A DNA stretch of 64,000 nucleotides from Phoronis australis (GCA_002633005.1 NMRA01000593.1:1-64000); one strand, 5' to 3'. Positions 38,943 through 52,143 are shown, counted from the stretch's first letter. A program made the numbers and translations. The notes: generated from the letters alone by a model not told the origin.

Positions 38943-39186
38943 ATAACTTTGACAGTTACTATTGTGAGTGCGACAATAAGAAAAGTTCCTCCAAGTGAAA
39001 CACCAACGATGATGCCAACCGTGTCTTGCTCCGCTTTTGGTGTCGTTCGTTGTGGCGCATGCGGAGGTGAACCGGTCGTAAACGATGGTGTTCGAGATGA
39101 TACGGGCTCAGTCGAAGCATGTTGAGTCATCAAAGAAGTGGAGGCTTGACGAGTCGTGCTCTTTTGAGTCGTTGGTTCGTATAAAC
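38943..39186 (-). CDS. Gene A exon: Ser/Thr/Pro-rich stalk and transmembrane helix
   Basis: EPTTQKSTTRQASTS...; VGIIVGVSLGGTFLIVALTIVTV; AT|gtaagt donor. Confidence 0.88.
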
Positions 39187-39684
39187 CTAAAACCATACAA
39201 GCGCAATGGATATTTTTTGTGAAGCAGTTTTGATTTACAAGCTTTCAATCACGCCTTCGTAACTCAGTATCAAACATCGGTTTCGCTTATTTTTGCGTGA
39301 CCATGTGCACTTCAACTACAGAAAGACCAAGCGTCTACGTCTGGGTTAATGTTTGCTTAAAATGCAACTCGTGAGCCATTGCACTTAAAACACTGAGGAT
39401 TTCCGTTCGCGCAGTCGTGTGTCAACTTTGTACGTGTTTGATAACTTTTGCCGCTGTAGTCCACAACATATGTACTGTTCCCTTTAAATTAAGATCAGGT
39501 AATGTGAAACGGTCAAGATTTTGACCAACTCGTCTGAATAGATGTCCTTTCGATCAATTTCCTTTTATTTGGCACCGCACCAGCTTAGTGCATATTGGCT
39601 CCAGAAAATGTTAGCTGAAAACATGGGCTTTGTGTAACACTAGGCGTTTAAGGTTTGCATGTAGTGTCCTCGAGGAATACTCAC

Positions 39685-39858
39685 TGCAATTGTTTATACT
39701 AGTTGAGCCCAATTCGTTGGTGGTCGTTCTGGCGGGACATTTCAGACACCGGTCCGATCCTTCCTGCGGCTGATAGAACCCAATGCCACAAAGGACACAA
39801 TCGGCGCCCTGACTGCGGTCTCCGTGTCTGACGTAATAAGTACCAGTGGGGCAGGCAA
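39685..39858 (-). CDS. Gene A exon: GCC2/GCC3 (ephrin-receptor-like) Cys-rich repeat
   Basis: CPTGTYY...CVLCGIGFYQPQEGSDRCLKCPARTTTNELGSTSINNC; 174 nt phase 1-1. Confidence 0.9.
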
Positions 39859-40971
39859 CTGTAAAAAGCGTATCCAAACGTAAAGAGGGAGAGGGAGGGA
39901 GAGGGAGGGAGAGGGAGGAGTATACAAAATACTTTCACGACTGGCTCTAGGTCACCCCTCTAAGGTCACCAAAAACAGTGTCGAGAGAGGTTTCGAACAA
40001 GCTAAGTTTTTTTACCAGCCTTGAGCGGCAACGTTTTAATAAAGGTAAACCCATTCAATACGAGCTATCTCAATAGAATGCAAATGAGTATTTCTGAATG
40101 TCAAATGAAATCATGGCAGAGGTGTTGAAACGCGGCGGTTGGAACTAATTTAATACACAGGAACTGAACATCGTTAATACCCAACGGCATCTACTTTACT
40201 TTTAAAACCAGAATAGTGGGGCGTAGCAGCAGTTAACCACTTTTCTGTGATCAACGTAGCGCCTACCCACCGTAAGTTACGGTATAGTGGGGCGTAAGCA
40301 CACGTAGTTGCAGTCAACCACCTGTTTACATTTTATCCTAGCAACCACCTTTTTCAATTTAACATAGCGTCTATGCGCCGTAAGTTACGGTATATAATGG
40401 GGTGAAGTATAGATACGATAGCTTACGGCATCAATGCGCTACGCTGACGACAACATTGTTGCCGAAAATTTCGGCGCGGACGATCACCAGGCATATGTTT
40501 GCCGAGTAATGGAATTTTTATTTAAAGATAAGAGGACGTTACGGTGTCATAGGGTGATAAACGAGGTCAGTTGCAAGGGCCCCAAGGACAAACCCCACGG
40601 GTGACTAAAAGTCGCCGCCAGCATATCGTTTCTGAGCATTACGCTCCTATTTTTCTTTATAATAGTGCTCGGGTCCCCTTCAGAGACCACTTGAAATGCA
40701 CGCAGACCTTTGCCTTGAAATATGTGTGGTTGGATCATCTTTCTCCGACATACAAGATCCGCCACTGCAGACTGCAAATACCCATAAAATAGGCCGACAT
40801 GTTTGTAAGTTAGGTTTTGCGAGCTCCATGCACTTTCAAAATGCAGTGCTCACGGCGATACGATGGGCTTTGGGCGCCTACTTACCTCTGAATTTACCAC
40901 TACAGCATTATCTAAAACTGGGATCCAACAATAACCATAACCCACACTTCAAGACATTCATAGACGCTTAC

Positions 40972-41142
40972 CGCACTCTGTTTCGTTTTTTGTTCCACTG
41001 TCTTCAGTCGAGTGACCGACATCACATTGCAGACATTTTAGTTGTCCCACTTCCGGTTGGTAGTCCCCCCTAGGACACGGGATACACTCAGGAACATCAG
41101 CAGTGTTATCGACTACGTAGTAAGTTCCTCGTTGACACTTCA
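40972..41142 (-). CDS. Gene A exon: GCC2/GCC3 repeat
   Basis: CQRGTYY...CIPCPRGDYQPEVGQLKCLQCDVGHSTEDSGTKNETEC; 171 nt phase 1-1. Confidence 0.9.
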
Positions 41143-41801
41143 CTAAAATGAAAAGACAAAGAAAAGGATCGGACAGGAACTCACTTAGTCCTTTTTAGTT
41201 TTCGCTTAGAGAGTATCCTAGAAGCGAACACCTGCCTCCCGTTCAGTAACGCTAGGATGTAGCTTAAAAGCAAGACTTCGCGAGATTACGTGAGATATTG
41301 CCGTGTATTTTAAATGAGAACACGTGACTTTGACTACGTTTTAGCTAGGTCCTAGCGTCTACTGAACGCACGCCTGATTTAGACCACTTGCCGAAATAAA
41401 TTGATGTCATCTTGTTCCTAATTAAGAAGAAATTTCTACATGTAAGTTTACAATGCTTGCCGCATGAAATGACAGTGGTGACATTTTCGGGCAAATGCAC
41501 CGCTCCCCCTTCGGTGTCCTCGGCTACCGGCAAGTCTCTTTGTTTGCCACGACAATTCCGGTAATCTTTGGTGACACAGCTTTGCTTGGTTTGACTGAGT
41601 GAGCTATTTTTTGTCTGAATACCAGTGTTAGCAAATACATCAGACTAATAAAAAACACCAACAAATGTGTTATCAGGTTCCTGCATTAAGCTTTCCGCAA
41701 TGGGTCACGAATGAATAAAGAATTAATAGTGGTTATAAATTCGGTTCTGTAATATCATTTATGTATTGTATAATAATCTTAAATACTATATATGTATTTC
41801 C

Positions 41802-41935
41802 GTGTGTGTGTGTGCGTGCGTGCGTGAGTGTGTGTATATGTCTATGAGTGTGTGTGAGTGTGTGTGCGTCTGTAAGTATGTATATTTATTTGTGTGAGTA
41901 CGTATGGATGTATGTATTTGTGTGCGTATGAGAGA
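41802..41935. repeat. Degenerate (TG)n/(TATG)n microsatellite
   Basis: gtgtgtgtgtgtgcgtgcgtgcg...; similar tatg tract at 42265-42335. Confidence 0.8.
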
Positions 41936-42782
41936 AAGAAAAATGTTTTTTTACATCACATAAACCTGGGTGGCCAACAAGGGTACGGGCCGATACAGTA
42001 GCTGACCACCGAGTAACAATAAATAAAATAGATTTTAACAATTAAGAAGAACAATATAATAACAACAGAAAAAAGTACATCTACAATGAATAAGATACAA
42101 TTCAAGTTTATTTAAAACGTAAGTTAAATGAATTTTACCATGAATTGAACAGGGAGATTATTGTTACAAGAGAGAGGCACAGTGAGAAAAGCATATGACT
42201 AAGATGTAAGACAGGTGATCAAGGTTACTTCAATTAGAACATGAATAACAATGTAGATCGTTTCAATGTATGTATGTATTCATTTTGTGCGTATGTATGT
42301 ATGTATCTGTGTGCATATGTAAGTATGCATGCATGCAAGCATTTGCTAAGCGCCATAAAGGTTGAATTCCCGGACGTACATTCAGCTGATGGGGAAGTCT
42401 ACCACATCATTTTGTACATTGCACGCCCTTTTCCTCATTTGTTCTCCATAAATCGTCAATCTGAACAGTAATCCCACCAAGTTCACCGAAAGACCATCTT
42501 TCTGTTTCTGTTACCAACAAAGTTGGACTAAATGTGGAGGAGGATCATAGTGGCAGAAAAAAAGAATTGATCCACAAGTGGGAACTATTCACATGATGGT
42601 GATAAAATGTTCCCCAAGAAACTTTAATCTATGTTGTCAGTTCACTATTTTGAAAAGAACTATAACGACGCATTCTCTGTCATAACAGTAATAAATATAC
42701 CGTCACTCATTCTCTGAGTATGCTTACACAGCTATTTTTCAATGCCTTGACAAGTTCCTGAGAAGACTAAACCCATTCTTAC

Positions 42783-42953
42783 CACAGAGGTCGCTGCCTG
42801 AAGCAAGTACAGATCCTTCAGAACAGTTTATGAATGAAGACATGTTGGGACTTGCAGTATATACCACCCCGTTGACGTCAAATTGTACGCTTCCGTTGGA
42901 AAGCATGGTGTCTGCTTCGTCAAGAATTTGCGTCATTTCAGTTTGATCAATTT
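42783..42953 (-). CDS. Gene A exon: second half of membrane-proximal SEA-like domain
   Basis: IDQTEMTQILDEADTMLSNGSVQFDVNG...INCSEGSVLASGSDLC; 171 nt phase 1-1. Confidence 0.8.
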
Positions 42954-43149
42954 CTGTAACAAATGTATTCATAATTGAAGCAATTTCTTTTTTAATCGGC
43001 AATCTTCATCAAGCAGAAAATTATGAAAACGCTTAAATATGTGTTATCGCTAAAAACTAATCTATACAAAAAGGATCTAACCATAGAACCTTTCAGGATT
43101 TTCTGAGAGTGACAAACACGTATTGAAATCTTCTGGAAACGTTCAATAC

Positions 43150-43377
43150 CAGAACTGTTGTACGTCATCTTGGTAACAATCTGAAGACCCAACGGATCCA
43201 CCGAACGCTTCCTTTTGGGCGAAAGGCTCTCCAAACACTGAATTGTGGCTGTCTTGACTGGGCCATTCAGGACACCTAAGTACTTCTGAGCTTGTTCAAG
43301 GACTTGCTTAATAGTGTCTTGGTTACAAGGCAAGTCCTTTACATCAACCGTTGCCACTGCCTCTTGACTGTCGTCAC
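43150..43377 (-). CDS. Gene A exon: first half of membrane-proximal SEA-like domain with KRKR basic site
   Basis: DDSQEAVATVDVKDLPC...QCLESLSPKRKRSVDP...; 228 nt phase 1-1; 196-nt intron explains the frame change between ORFs 42992..43357 and 42739..43002. Confidence 0.8.
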
Positions 43378-43630
43378 CTACAAATACGGCGGTCCTTATG
43401 AAACCACATAACAGGTAATCAATCTGCTGATATAAATCTATCGAAAATTGTACAACTACCGCATTTGTTTTTGTAACAATCTACCTCGCTAACTCGATCA
43501 AAATGTTTCAGACAGCGCAGTGGTTAGCACGCGAGACGCTTCGACACAATATGACCAGTAACGTTCATTTTGAAATGGTCAACCGCCAGTGGATGTAATG
43601 ATTGCAAGATCGACTGAAATACAATCATAC

Positions 43631-43846
43631 CTTTTATACATTCGGGAACTTCAAATCTTTTCTGATTATTCTGTGTAGTCCATTTCCATCCATTGTCAGG
43701 TCCGCACTCGTATTTTCCACCGTCCGGAACAATAGTAGTGAAACCATAGCCACGTTTACAAACTGCTGAACAGGAAGCCATACCGTTGTCCTTCTTACAA
43801 CTGATCAAACCGTTAGGCGGAGCTCGAAGTAATTTTGGTACACATT
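43631..43846 (-). CDS. Gene A exon: Sushi/CCP-like domain
   Basis: CVPKLLRAPPNGLISC...CSAVCKRGYGF...YECGPDNGWKW...VPECIK; 216 nt phase 1-1. Confidence 0.87.
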
Positions 43847-44744
43847 CTGTGAACGGAGATTGCATATCTGATGGCAAATTTAAATTGCTCACATCCATAT
43901 CCAGTTATTTCAATGTTGTCAAGAGGCTGAACACGGGTATTTGAAAACGAATACATACTTGATTGCCTTTCTTTATTTTGTTAAATATTAACCTTTAAGT
44001 ACAAGGCCACAACGAATTCTACTGAATTTCAGGCCACGAGAAAAGCACGAACAACGATTGTAAAGCACGGTAACTTGTTTTCCATCTTAGGAAGGAATTT
44101 TCTATGGAAGGCGAAAGTTGCAAAGACTTACTTGTATGTAAAAATCCAGCAATTGTTGCTCCCAGTGCGCATGACAATTACATTACAGTAGTCCAAAGAT
44201 GCACGATTCCGAGGGTGTAATAGTGCAAACATACACCAGATTTTGTACTGGTTTTCATATGTTTTTACATGCAATAATACAAGCACTTCGACTGTTAGTG
44301 GCAGTGGCGCAGGCCTACCTACCGAAAACAATCGCCCGCCGGGAACCACTGCGATTCTAGTGTACCGATAAATTTACTACAATGTACCAGTGAGTTTCGT
44401 AGAATGACCATAAACATTGTATTTTAATGTTTTATGGCTTAATTCAACCTCATTAGTGACTGCACCTTCGGACCAATTCACCTTTGTACTAGTGATCTGC
44501 TCCCGGTAACTGAAAGATACTTACCCCTTCTCATAAGTGAACCGTTGCTCATTTCGATATACTCAAAGTAAGGAAAAGAATGGACATTTTTTCAGAAATT
44601 CAAAATATCAATTGCATTAAGGGAGTATTGAGGCTCAGGTCCCCAGATTTGAATATTCGCGCCTCAATTCCTAGGGAGAAGTTTTGAGTCGAATAATTAT
44701 TCCTTACTTAGAGACACTTACTATTATGCGTATATTTGGCGTAT

Positions 44745-44867
44745 TTGTTTGAGTACTCCAACAGGTGGCCAACACCATGGCTTAAGTTGTTTGAGTACTC
44801 CAACAGGTGGCCAACACCATGGCTTAAGTTGTTTAAGTACTCCAACAGGTGGCCAACACCATGGCTT
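44745..44867. repeat. 42-bp tandem repeat, about 3 copies
   Basis: TTGTTTGAGTACTCCAACAGGTGGCCAACACCATGGCTTAAG repeated head to tail without spacers. Confidence 0.9.
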
Positions 44868-45414
44868 TCAAGGAGCACAGCCATTCCTTAAAGCGACCAG
44901 CCAGGTCACGCCATTCTGATGAGCGCGGACTAAAGCAATAATGTTCGCAGTCACTTCTTATTAAGACCAGAAATCACATTGATGCCAGTTGTCTAACGAT
45001 ATAAGTAGCTTAGGCCTACTAAATCAAACGGTGACTTTTCGGAAAACGGACGGCTTATATTTTTATACACAAGTTTATTTTATTGGTAAGGTTAAAATCC
45101 CCAATTTCGGATTCAATTCTTCTCTTCCGGAGAAATTGATAAATGCGCTGTAAAGTTAACACACTCCCAAAAATTTAATTCGTTCTTAAGTTTATCTTAA
45201 ATATTGTTAACAAAAATTTGCTGTTCTTGAAATATTTCACGTGTTTATACTTTATTTTTACTCTAGGAGAACTTGAAATACGAAATATAGAACTTGGTTG
45301 ACTTTTTGAACGTAAAATCACTTCGAGAAATCAACGTTTCCGAAACAACACTCAGGGGTTCGTTGGAAAACCCCGGAAGTTGCACACATATAAGAAAATG
45401 TCTTATTTACGTAC

Positions 45415-45567
45415 CTGGGCAGTCACCAATTTCTTGATTGTCTCCAATGCAATCTCTCCCGCCATTCAGGGGAAATGGGTCGTCACAAGTTCTGTTCCGT
45501 GACCTTTTACCTTCATCACGTCGCGTGCAGCTACCCCATTCACCCCAGGCGCTCCATTTACCATGCA
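45415..45567 (-). CDS. Gene A exon: shortened TSP1 repeat
   Basis: HGKWSAWGEWGSCTRRDEGKRSRNRTCDDPFPLNGGRDCIGDNQEIGDCP; 153 nt phase 1-1 (not in ORF track). Confidence 0.85.
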
Positions 45568-46232
45568 CTGAAATGAGCACCAGTCACCGCGGGTATCAGT
45601 AAGAACATACCATCATTGTGAGGTTGGGGTTAAGCTTCACTCGCACCGCTTTCCATTCCAGTGATTTGTAAGCTTTTTCAATTATGAGCACACCCTGGCC
45701 ATCATTTTCAATTGATACCCACGTTCCCGATTCAACCCCTAGCATACATTCACGACTAAGACCGAGTTCATGGAGACACCAGACACTATTCAAATGCTAG
45801 ATTGCCTGCCAATGCTAGACAGGATTTGAACCTTGGTGTCTCAAATGGAGTACGCTGTTCAAACCACATACTGTCTCTGTCTGAATGTAAGTACCACGCT
45901 AGGTGTACACGTGGTTCAGGTGAAGTGTATGCGGTGAGAAATTCTTGCTTTCGAACTCACTTGATTTCAAAGTTAACGTCGCTTGAAAAAAAACAAACCT
46001 CGGCATGTAGAGTTATATTCAAACTAATTCACATTCCGGTTCAATACTAATTGCTTCTGTACAGAAAATATGAAAAGTTAGACATATGCTGGCATATTGT
46101 ATGCCTGTGCGTAAGGAAAAATCTGCAAGTATATGCCTATGGCTTTCTCGGGGTGGGGGTCAGAAAAAGGCAGTTGTGTAATAGTTATCTTTGATACTGG
46201 AACGACCTCCAGCATGAAACATTCAAACTTAC

Positions 46233-46364
46233 CCAAGTTAAGTTCGCAAAACTGTCCAGTAAAAGATGCCTTGCATAGACACTTGTAACCATTTTCGAGT
46301 CCAAGGCAGGTTGCGTCATTGCGACAGTCGTTTTCACTGCAGTCGTTCAGCGTGCAGTTTCGAC
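46233..46364 (-). CDS. Gene A exon: EGF-like domain
   Basis: RNCTLNDCSENDCRNDATCLGLENGYKCLCKASFTGQFCELNL; 132 nt phase 1-1. Confidence 0.88.
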
Positions 46365-46928
46365 CTAAGCGTTTATACAAAAACTCATGATGGAAAGGTA
46401 TAGGTGCATTAATCTAAGAGAAAGTATAAATATTAATCATGGACACATTGGTTTTGATAGAAAGAGAGTAGCTCACTACTCTGAAGTTTACTAATCCGAA
46501 GGCCAACTAATACGGTGGATCTGAGCCATAAACGTTGAAATATAATTTCTGTCCTCATTCTACGAAACTCACAGATGCTAGAAAGTCAATCGGGCTGCAC
46601 AAAAAATGCATTTATTTGAGAGTTTTAAAGAACGAAAACATTCGCTTCCATTCATCCACCTATGAGATTCAAACTATTGCGAGTATAATGAGCCATACAT
46701 GTAATTCGCAATAAACAATTATATTTTTCACTTTGTGTTCCTTCACAGCGATGTCTAAATAGTGCAAACCATTGACTTGAAATTATTTAGGTATTGCTTT
46801 TCGTGTGCACTCACTGACTTACGAACTAATCATGTACAGGGAAACATGCACGCTGTTGGACTCCGCAGTGTAACTGCATATCCATTACACATCTTTCATG
46901 GGAAATTTAACAAATTGGAAAATTGTAC

Positions 46929-47024
46929 CTGTGAGCCCAAGAGGACATGTGCAAATGTATTCCGAACCGTTGTTAACACATGTTCCGTTGTTCTGGCAAG
47001 GTTCAAAATCACATGGAGGAGGAG
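46929..47024 (-). CDS. Gene A exon: EGF-like domain
   Basis: PPPCDFEPCQNNGTCVNNGSEYICTCPLGLTG; 96 nt phase 1-1 (not in ORF track). Confidence 0.88.
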
Positions 47025-47521
47025 CTGAAATGTATAAAACATCTACCGTCAGAGGTCCTCGCGGGACGAGAGGTTTTGTCGGGGGTGCCCCTCAGTATTA
47101 AATAGGTGACCCGAAAACTGGGATTGAATACAGGCAGCGGAATGAATTTTCTAAGGTTTGTGACGACTGGGGTAAAGCAACGACCGGGGATAGTAATGAC
47201 GATCAGTGGTGTCGTTTGATTTAGCAAAATGGGATATGTCTGTGACCTTCACCAATCCTTTTTACTGGACATCTCACAGGAGGTACCTATGTCATTACCA
47301 TTATCTTCTTAACAATACCACCGTTTACCCATAGCAATTAAAAGCGCCCTGGAATGCGTAACCTGTATGAGATGTCTAGACAGACAGTGCGCAGAACACA
47401 CGTTAGCCTGGATCCATATCCAGTCCGAGACATTTTACATACTGCCCATTATTTCTCTACATATCTTCAGATGTCGTTCACACAATTTTTGTATATGTAC
47501 GAGCGGCATGACATGACCTAC

Positions 47522-47692
47522 GTGGGCATTCTTCCAAGTTGCACCGTCCTTCTTCGGTCAGCGAGTCATTGCAGTAAAGACCACCATTAGACGGAGGTGG
47601 GTTATCACATGACCTGTTTCTTCGGTGTTCACCGCCTTCGCACGACCGAGAGCATTGTGTCCAGGCAGACCAGGGGCTTAATCCACCGTTCA
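47522..47692 (-). CDS. Gene A exon: TSP1 repeat
   Basis: NGGLSPWSAWTQCSRSCEGGEHRRNRSCDNPPPSNGGLYC...CNLEECP; 171 nt. Confidence 0.9.
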
Positions 47693-48219
47693 CTGAAATT
47701 ACCAAATTTGGAATATAGTCTACAGCTTAACATCTGTGCTACAAATTGCCTCGGCGCTAATACTTGAGCCCATACTACGGTGCTAATACTTGAGCCCATA
47801 CTAGAATAACCGAATGTAATAAAAAAAAATTTCGATAAAAATGGCTATCAACTCAAGGAATGTACATTGCGTGTTACACGGTCTTGTTGTGTGATCAATG
47901 TTTTCACGAGACGTGCCAGAAACCTTTAATTCGTAATCACAGCGTGGCGTTTGTTCAAAGAAATCGGTTGGCAGTAACAGCAAATTACATGTACGTGCTA
48001 ATGCATCGACATTTTTAAAGTTACAAGCGTTTGTCTTATGTACCACATGACTCAGTTAAGACATTGAAGAAAAAATTGCTATTCCGTCCGGCCATATTAG
48101 TATTCCGCCTGGCAGATTAATAAACCCACCGGGTGGAATACTAATCTTCCCGGGCGAATCAGTAATCTGCTTGAGCAGAATGCTGATCTGTCTGGGCGAA
48201 TTAGATTTTCTAGTATTAC

Positions 48220-48390
48220 CTGGACACGGGTGGTCGTTGCACTGCCTCTTCTCCAACTTCGACCCTTCACAACTCAGCCCACCGTATGCAGGTGGTGGAT
48301 TGTCACACATTCTTGTCCTGTTCTGTGTTCCTCCTCCGCAAGCACGGGAACACTCTGTCCAATTGGACCACGCACCCCACTGACCGTCAA
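48220..48390 (-). CDS. Gene A exon: TSP1 repeat (duplicate copy 1)
   Basis: DGQWGAWSNWTECSRACGGGTQNRTRMCDNPPPAYGGLSCEG...CNDHPCP; 171 nt. Confidence 0.88.
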
Positions 48391-49636
48391 CTAAACATCA
48401 ACATAAAAGTATAGTCCTGGAACCATTTAACTTACGTCATTTTAACGACAGTGCTTCGTATAACTAGAGCAACTTGCCCAAGCGATTTGAAAATTCTACC
48501 CTGTCTTAAGTTAATTAAAATTAAAATACGTGAGTCTGTGTTTATAATATTTTTTTGGAAAATTCACAACGTAACGCTCACAAATACATCACGATGGGTT
48601 TACATAAGAATGTAAGCCAAATGAAGGCCAAAGTTCAAACAGTTCGCAAACCGGTCAAGACTGAAATTAAAGTGAAAACAGAAAATGCAAAACCAAAGCT
48701 ATCACGAGAAACAAGGACAAAACAGAGCGTCGATATGTACCCAAAATGTAGCCTACATTGCTAAAGATAGAAGATGTATATCTGTTCAAATATTTCCATG
48801 GTAAAATCAATATCTGTTGTGCATTCCTCATTAAGAACACTAAAGTCAAAATACATGAAGATCCAAATAAGAACTTGGTAGACATTAAAGGAGACGAAAT
48901 GACAATTTACAAGTCACTTGGAGGCGCCACAATTGCCAGAATCGCTCAACAATCAACACCAGCCGTACTCTCTTCGAACAGAAATGAACATGCAAAATGT
49001 CATGAAAATCCATCAACGATACAGAGGAAGACACACAATTCTGCAAGGACAAGCATATGAGTCAGGTATGTCTAAAATCAACACCAATCGTGAACGCTTA
49101 TGTCAAACTTCATGAACATCCTTTGACGCTTAGGTACTACAAAAAGCCACTACAGGGCACTATAGTAGTAGACTCTTTCAGAAAACCAGCGACACTCGTG
49201 TTCAGCTCAGCAGGATTGAATTAAAGAACTTGGTAGAAATTGAGGCAGATGCAAATGAATAGTACATTCGTGACTTCAGCCTAGGTCTAAAAATCTGCCG
49301 CCTGGTGATTAATGCTGTTATTACAAGCNCTGCCAGAAACCTTTAATTCGTAATCACAGCGTGGCGTTTGTTCAAAGAAATCGGTTGGCAGTAACAGCAA
49401 ATTACATGTACGTGCTAATGCATCGACATTTTTAAAGTTACAAGCGTTTGTCTTATGTACCACATGACTCAGTTAAGACATTGAAGAAAAAACTGCTATT
49501 CCTTCCGGCCATATTAGTATTCCGCCTGGCAGATTAATAAACCCACAGGGTGGAATACTAATCTTCCCGGGCGAATCAGTAATCTGCTTGAGCAGAATGC
49601 TGATCTGTCTGGGCGAATTAGATTTTCTAGTATTAC

Positions 49637-49807
49637 CTGGACACGGGTGGTCGTTGCACTGCCTCTTCTCCAACTTCGACCCTTCACAACTCAGGCCACC
49701 GTATGCAGGTGGTGGATTGTCACACATTCTTGTCCGGTTCTGTGTTCCTCCTCCGCAAGCACGGGAACACTCTGTCCAATTGGACCACGCACCCCACTGA
49801 CCGTCAA
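49637..49807 (-). CDS. Gene A exon: TSP1 repeat (duplicate copy 2, possibly allelic)
   Basis: Same protein as 48220-48390; two synonymous differences seen. Confidence 0.6.
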
Positions 49808-51972
49808 CTAAACATCAACATAAAAGTATAGTCCTGGAACCATTTAACTTACGTCATGTTAACGACAGTGCTTAGTATAACTAGAGCAACTTGCCCAAGC
49901 CATTTGAAAATTCTACCCTGTCTTAAGTTAATTAAAATGCGTGAGTCTGTGTTTATAATACTTTTTTGGAAAATTCACAACGTAACGCCCACAAATACAT
50001 CACGAAGGGTTTATATAAGAATGTAAGGCAAATGAAGACCTAACTTTGAATTGACTAGTTCAAACAGTTCGCAAACCGGTAAAGACTGAAATTAAAGTGA
50101 AAACAGAAAATGCAAAACCAAAGCTATCACGAGAAACAAGGACAAAACAGAGCGTCAATATGTACCCACCATGTAGCCTACATTGCTAAAGATAGAAGAT
50201 GTATATCTGTTCAAATATTTCCATGGTAAAATCAATATCTGTTGTGCTTTCTTCATTAAGAACACTAAAGCCAAAATACATGAAGATCCAAATAAGAACT
50301 TGGTAGACATTAAAGGAGACGAAATGACAATTTACAAGTCACTTGGGGGCGCCACAATTGCCAGAATCGCTCAACAATCAACACCAGCCGTATTCTCTTC
50401 GAACACAAATGAACATGCAATATGTCATGAAAATCCATCAAAGATACAGAGGAAGACACACAATTCTGCAAGGACAAGCACATGAGTCAGGTATGTCTAA
50501 AATCAACACCAATCATGAACGCGTATGTCAAACTTCATGAACATCCTTTGACGCTTAGGTACTACAAAAAGCCACTACAGGGCACTATAGTAGTAGAATC
50601 TTTCAGAAAACCATCGACACTTGTGTTCAGCTCAGCAGGATTGAATTAAAGAACTTGATAGAAATTGAGGCAGATGCAAATGAATAGTACATTCGTGACT
50701 TCAGCCTAGGTCTAAAAATCTGCCGCCTGGTGATTAATGCTGTTATTACAAGCGCCGGATTCGTTGACATAGTTCTACTCCAGCTAGCGAGCCACATCAG
50801 TTGTATTATCATTGAAGTTTACACATGCCTTGAGGGATAACTGGAGGTAAGCTACGAAAATACCCGAGCTTCCCTGTACATTAATCCAGGAACGATTTCT
50901 TAATGCTGGCCATGTTGTCCTCGAAAAGGTTTTGATATCACCTCAGCGATAACTATCTTGAATATTCTACCTAAACATCATAGTCAATCACAAGTCTCAG
51001 AAAAGAAATCACAACACACCTCAATGACTCATCACACATACAGCAACCAATTTTTATCCAAAAGATTCTACGTCAAGGAGGAACTAATATCAACGTTTAC
51101 TGTTTATTCAAACACTGACTATCTGGCCGACGGCTAAGGTACACCAAACCATCTATGTTAGCAACTACTTCCAGACGCACTTAGAATATAAAATCTGGTT
51201 ACAAACTAGTTCACCAGAAGTAGAATATAGCATACAATGGTCAATTATGACATATGCATCATTGTCTTTCTAAACATTTTGGGAATGTCAGATTTCACTA
51301 GAAAGAGTTATGTACTTATGCCAGTCTTCATACTCCGAAAACTTCGGGAATCTGTGACAATGTTCGAGTATTCTTTGCAAACCAGACTGGAAGACCATCA
51401 AAAAATCGCTGAGAAGAAAAAATGACCGGGAAAGTACACCGACGAACCTAGGGGAGGGGCCAAAGGATGCGACAAAAATAAATACCATCTGCATGCAGTT
51501 TTTATGGGCTATGCAGACATTTTTGAATGAATGCCGCCACCTTCACCTCGTTACATCCCGGATACGCCAGAGCTCTAGCAGGCGCTCTTGAAGAAATGTC
51601 AGCTGAATAAACTCGCTCTATAAAAATAAGGAACATCCAAGCCCACTTGAACTCGGTGTATGGATGTTCCACTGTAGGACTATTCTCACAAAGTCAATGA
51701 GAGTGCCACGAGCATCTTTTAATCGATAAGGTACAGTACATTGGAAGGCAAGGTTACATGTCTCATTATATATTAACTTTAACGAAGCATAATTCACATA
51801 AAGGTTTCAGTGTAGTACAATTATCTGATGAGTTCACAACTACACTAATCGCGATTTGCGTCGCTGTAAGTGTGTGATAAAACCCTTCCCGTTTCGCAAC
51901 TTGATGGACAGTCTAGACGAAGCGTTTAAAAACTCATAAGCACATGTCCACAAAATTCCATCATCCTTATAC

Positions 51973-52143
51973 CTGTACATCCTTGTTGGTTGCACCACTC
52001 TTTGTCATATTCTACTCCGTTACACTTCCGTCCACCGTACATTGGGGAAGGGTTAGTGCACGTGCGGGTTCGCCGCCGTTCTCCTGTCCCGCAAGACGCC
52101 GTGCATTCACTGAAGCTGCTCCAGGAACTCCAACCTCCGTGAA
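51973..52143 (-). CDS. Gene A exon: TSP1 repeat
   Basis: HGGWSSWSSFSECTASCGTGERRRTRTCTNPSPMYGGRKCNG...CNQQGCT; 171 nt. Confidence 0.9.

Larger units (their letters stand above)
47914..50753. repeat. Near-identical 1.42-kb direct duplication (47914-49328 / 49331-50753) joined at a single N (49329)
   Basis: Offset 1417; scattered substitutions and small indels; junction reads ttacaagc-N-c-tgccagaa. Confidence 0.9.

Noticed and set aside
42954-43149. Apparent frameshift between ORFs 42992..43357 and 42739..43002
   Set aside because: Explained by a 196-nt phase-1 GT-AG intron
44745-44867. 42-bp repeats as a CRISPR array
   Set aside because: Contiguous tandem copies with no unique spacers, no cas genes, eukaryotic intron
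45810-45870. tRNA-like B-box fragments (also ~61785 and ~63385)
   Set aside because: No cloverleaf; at most decayed SINE heads
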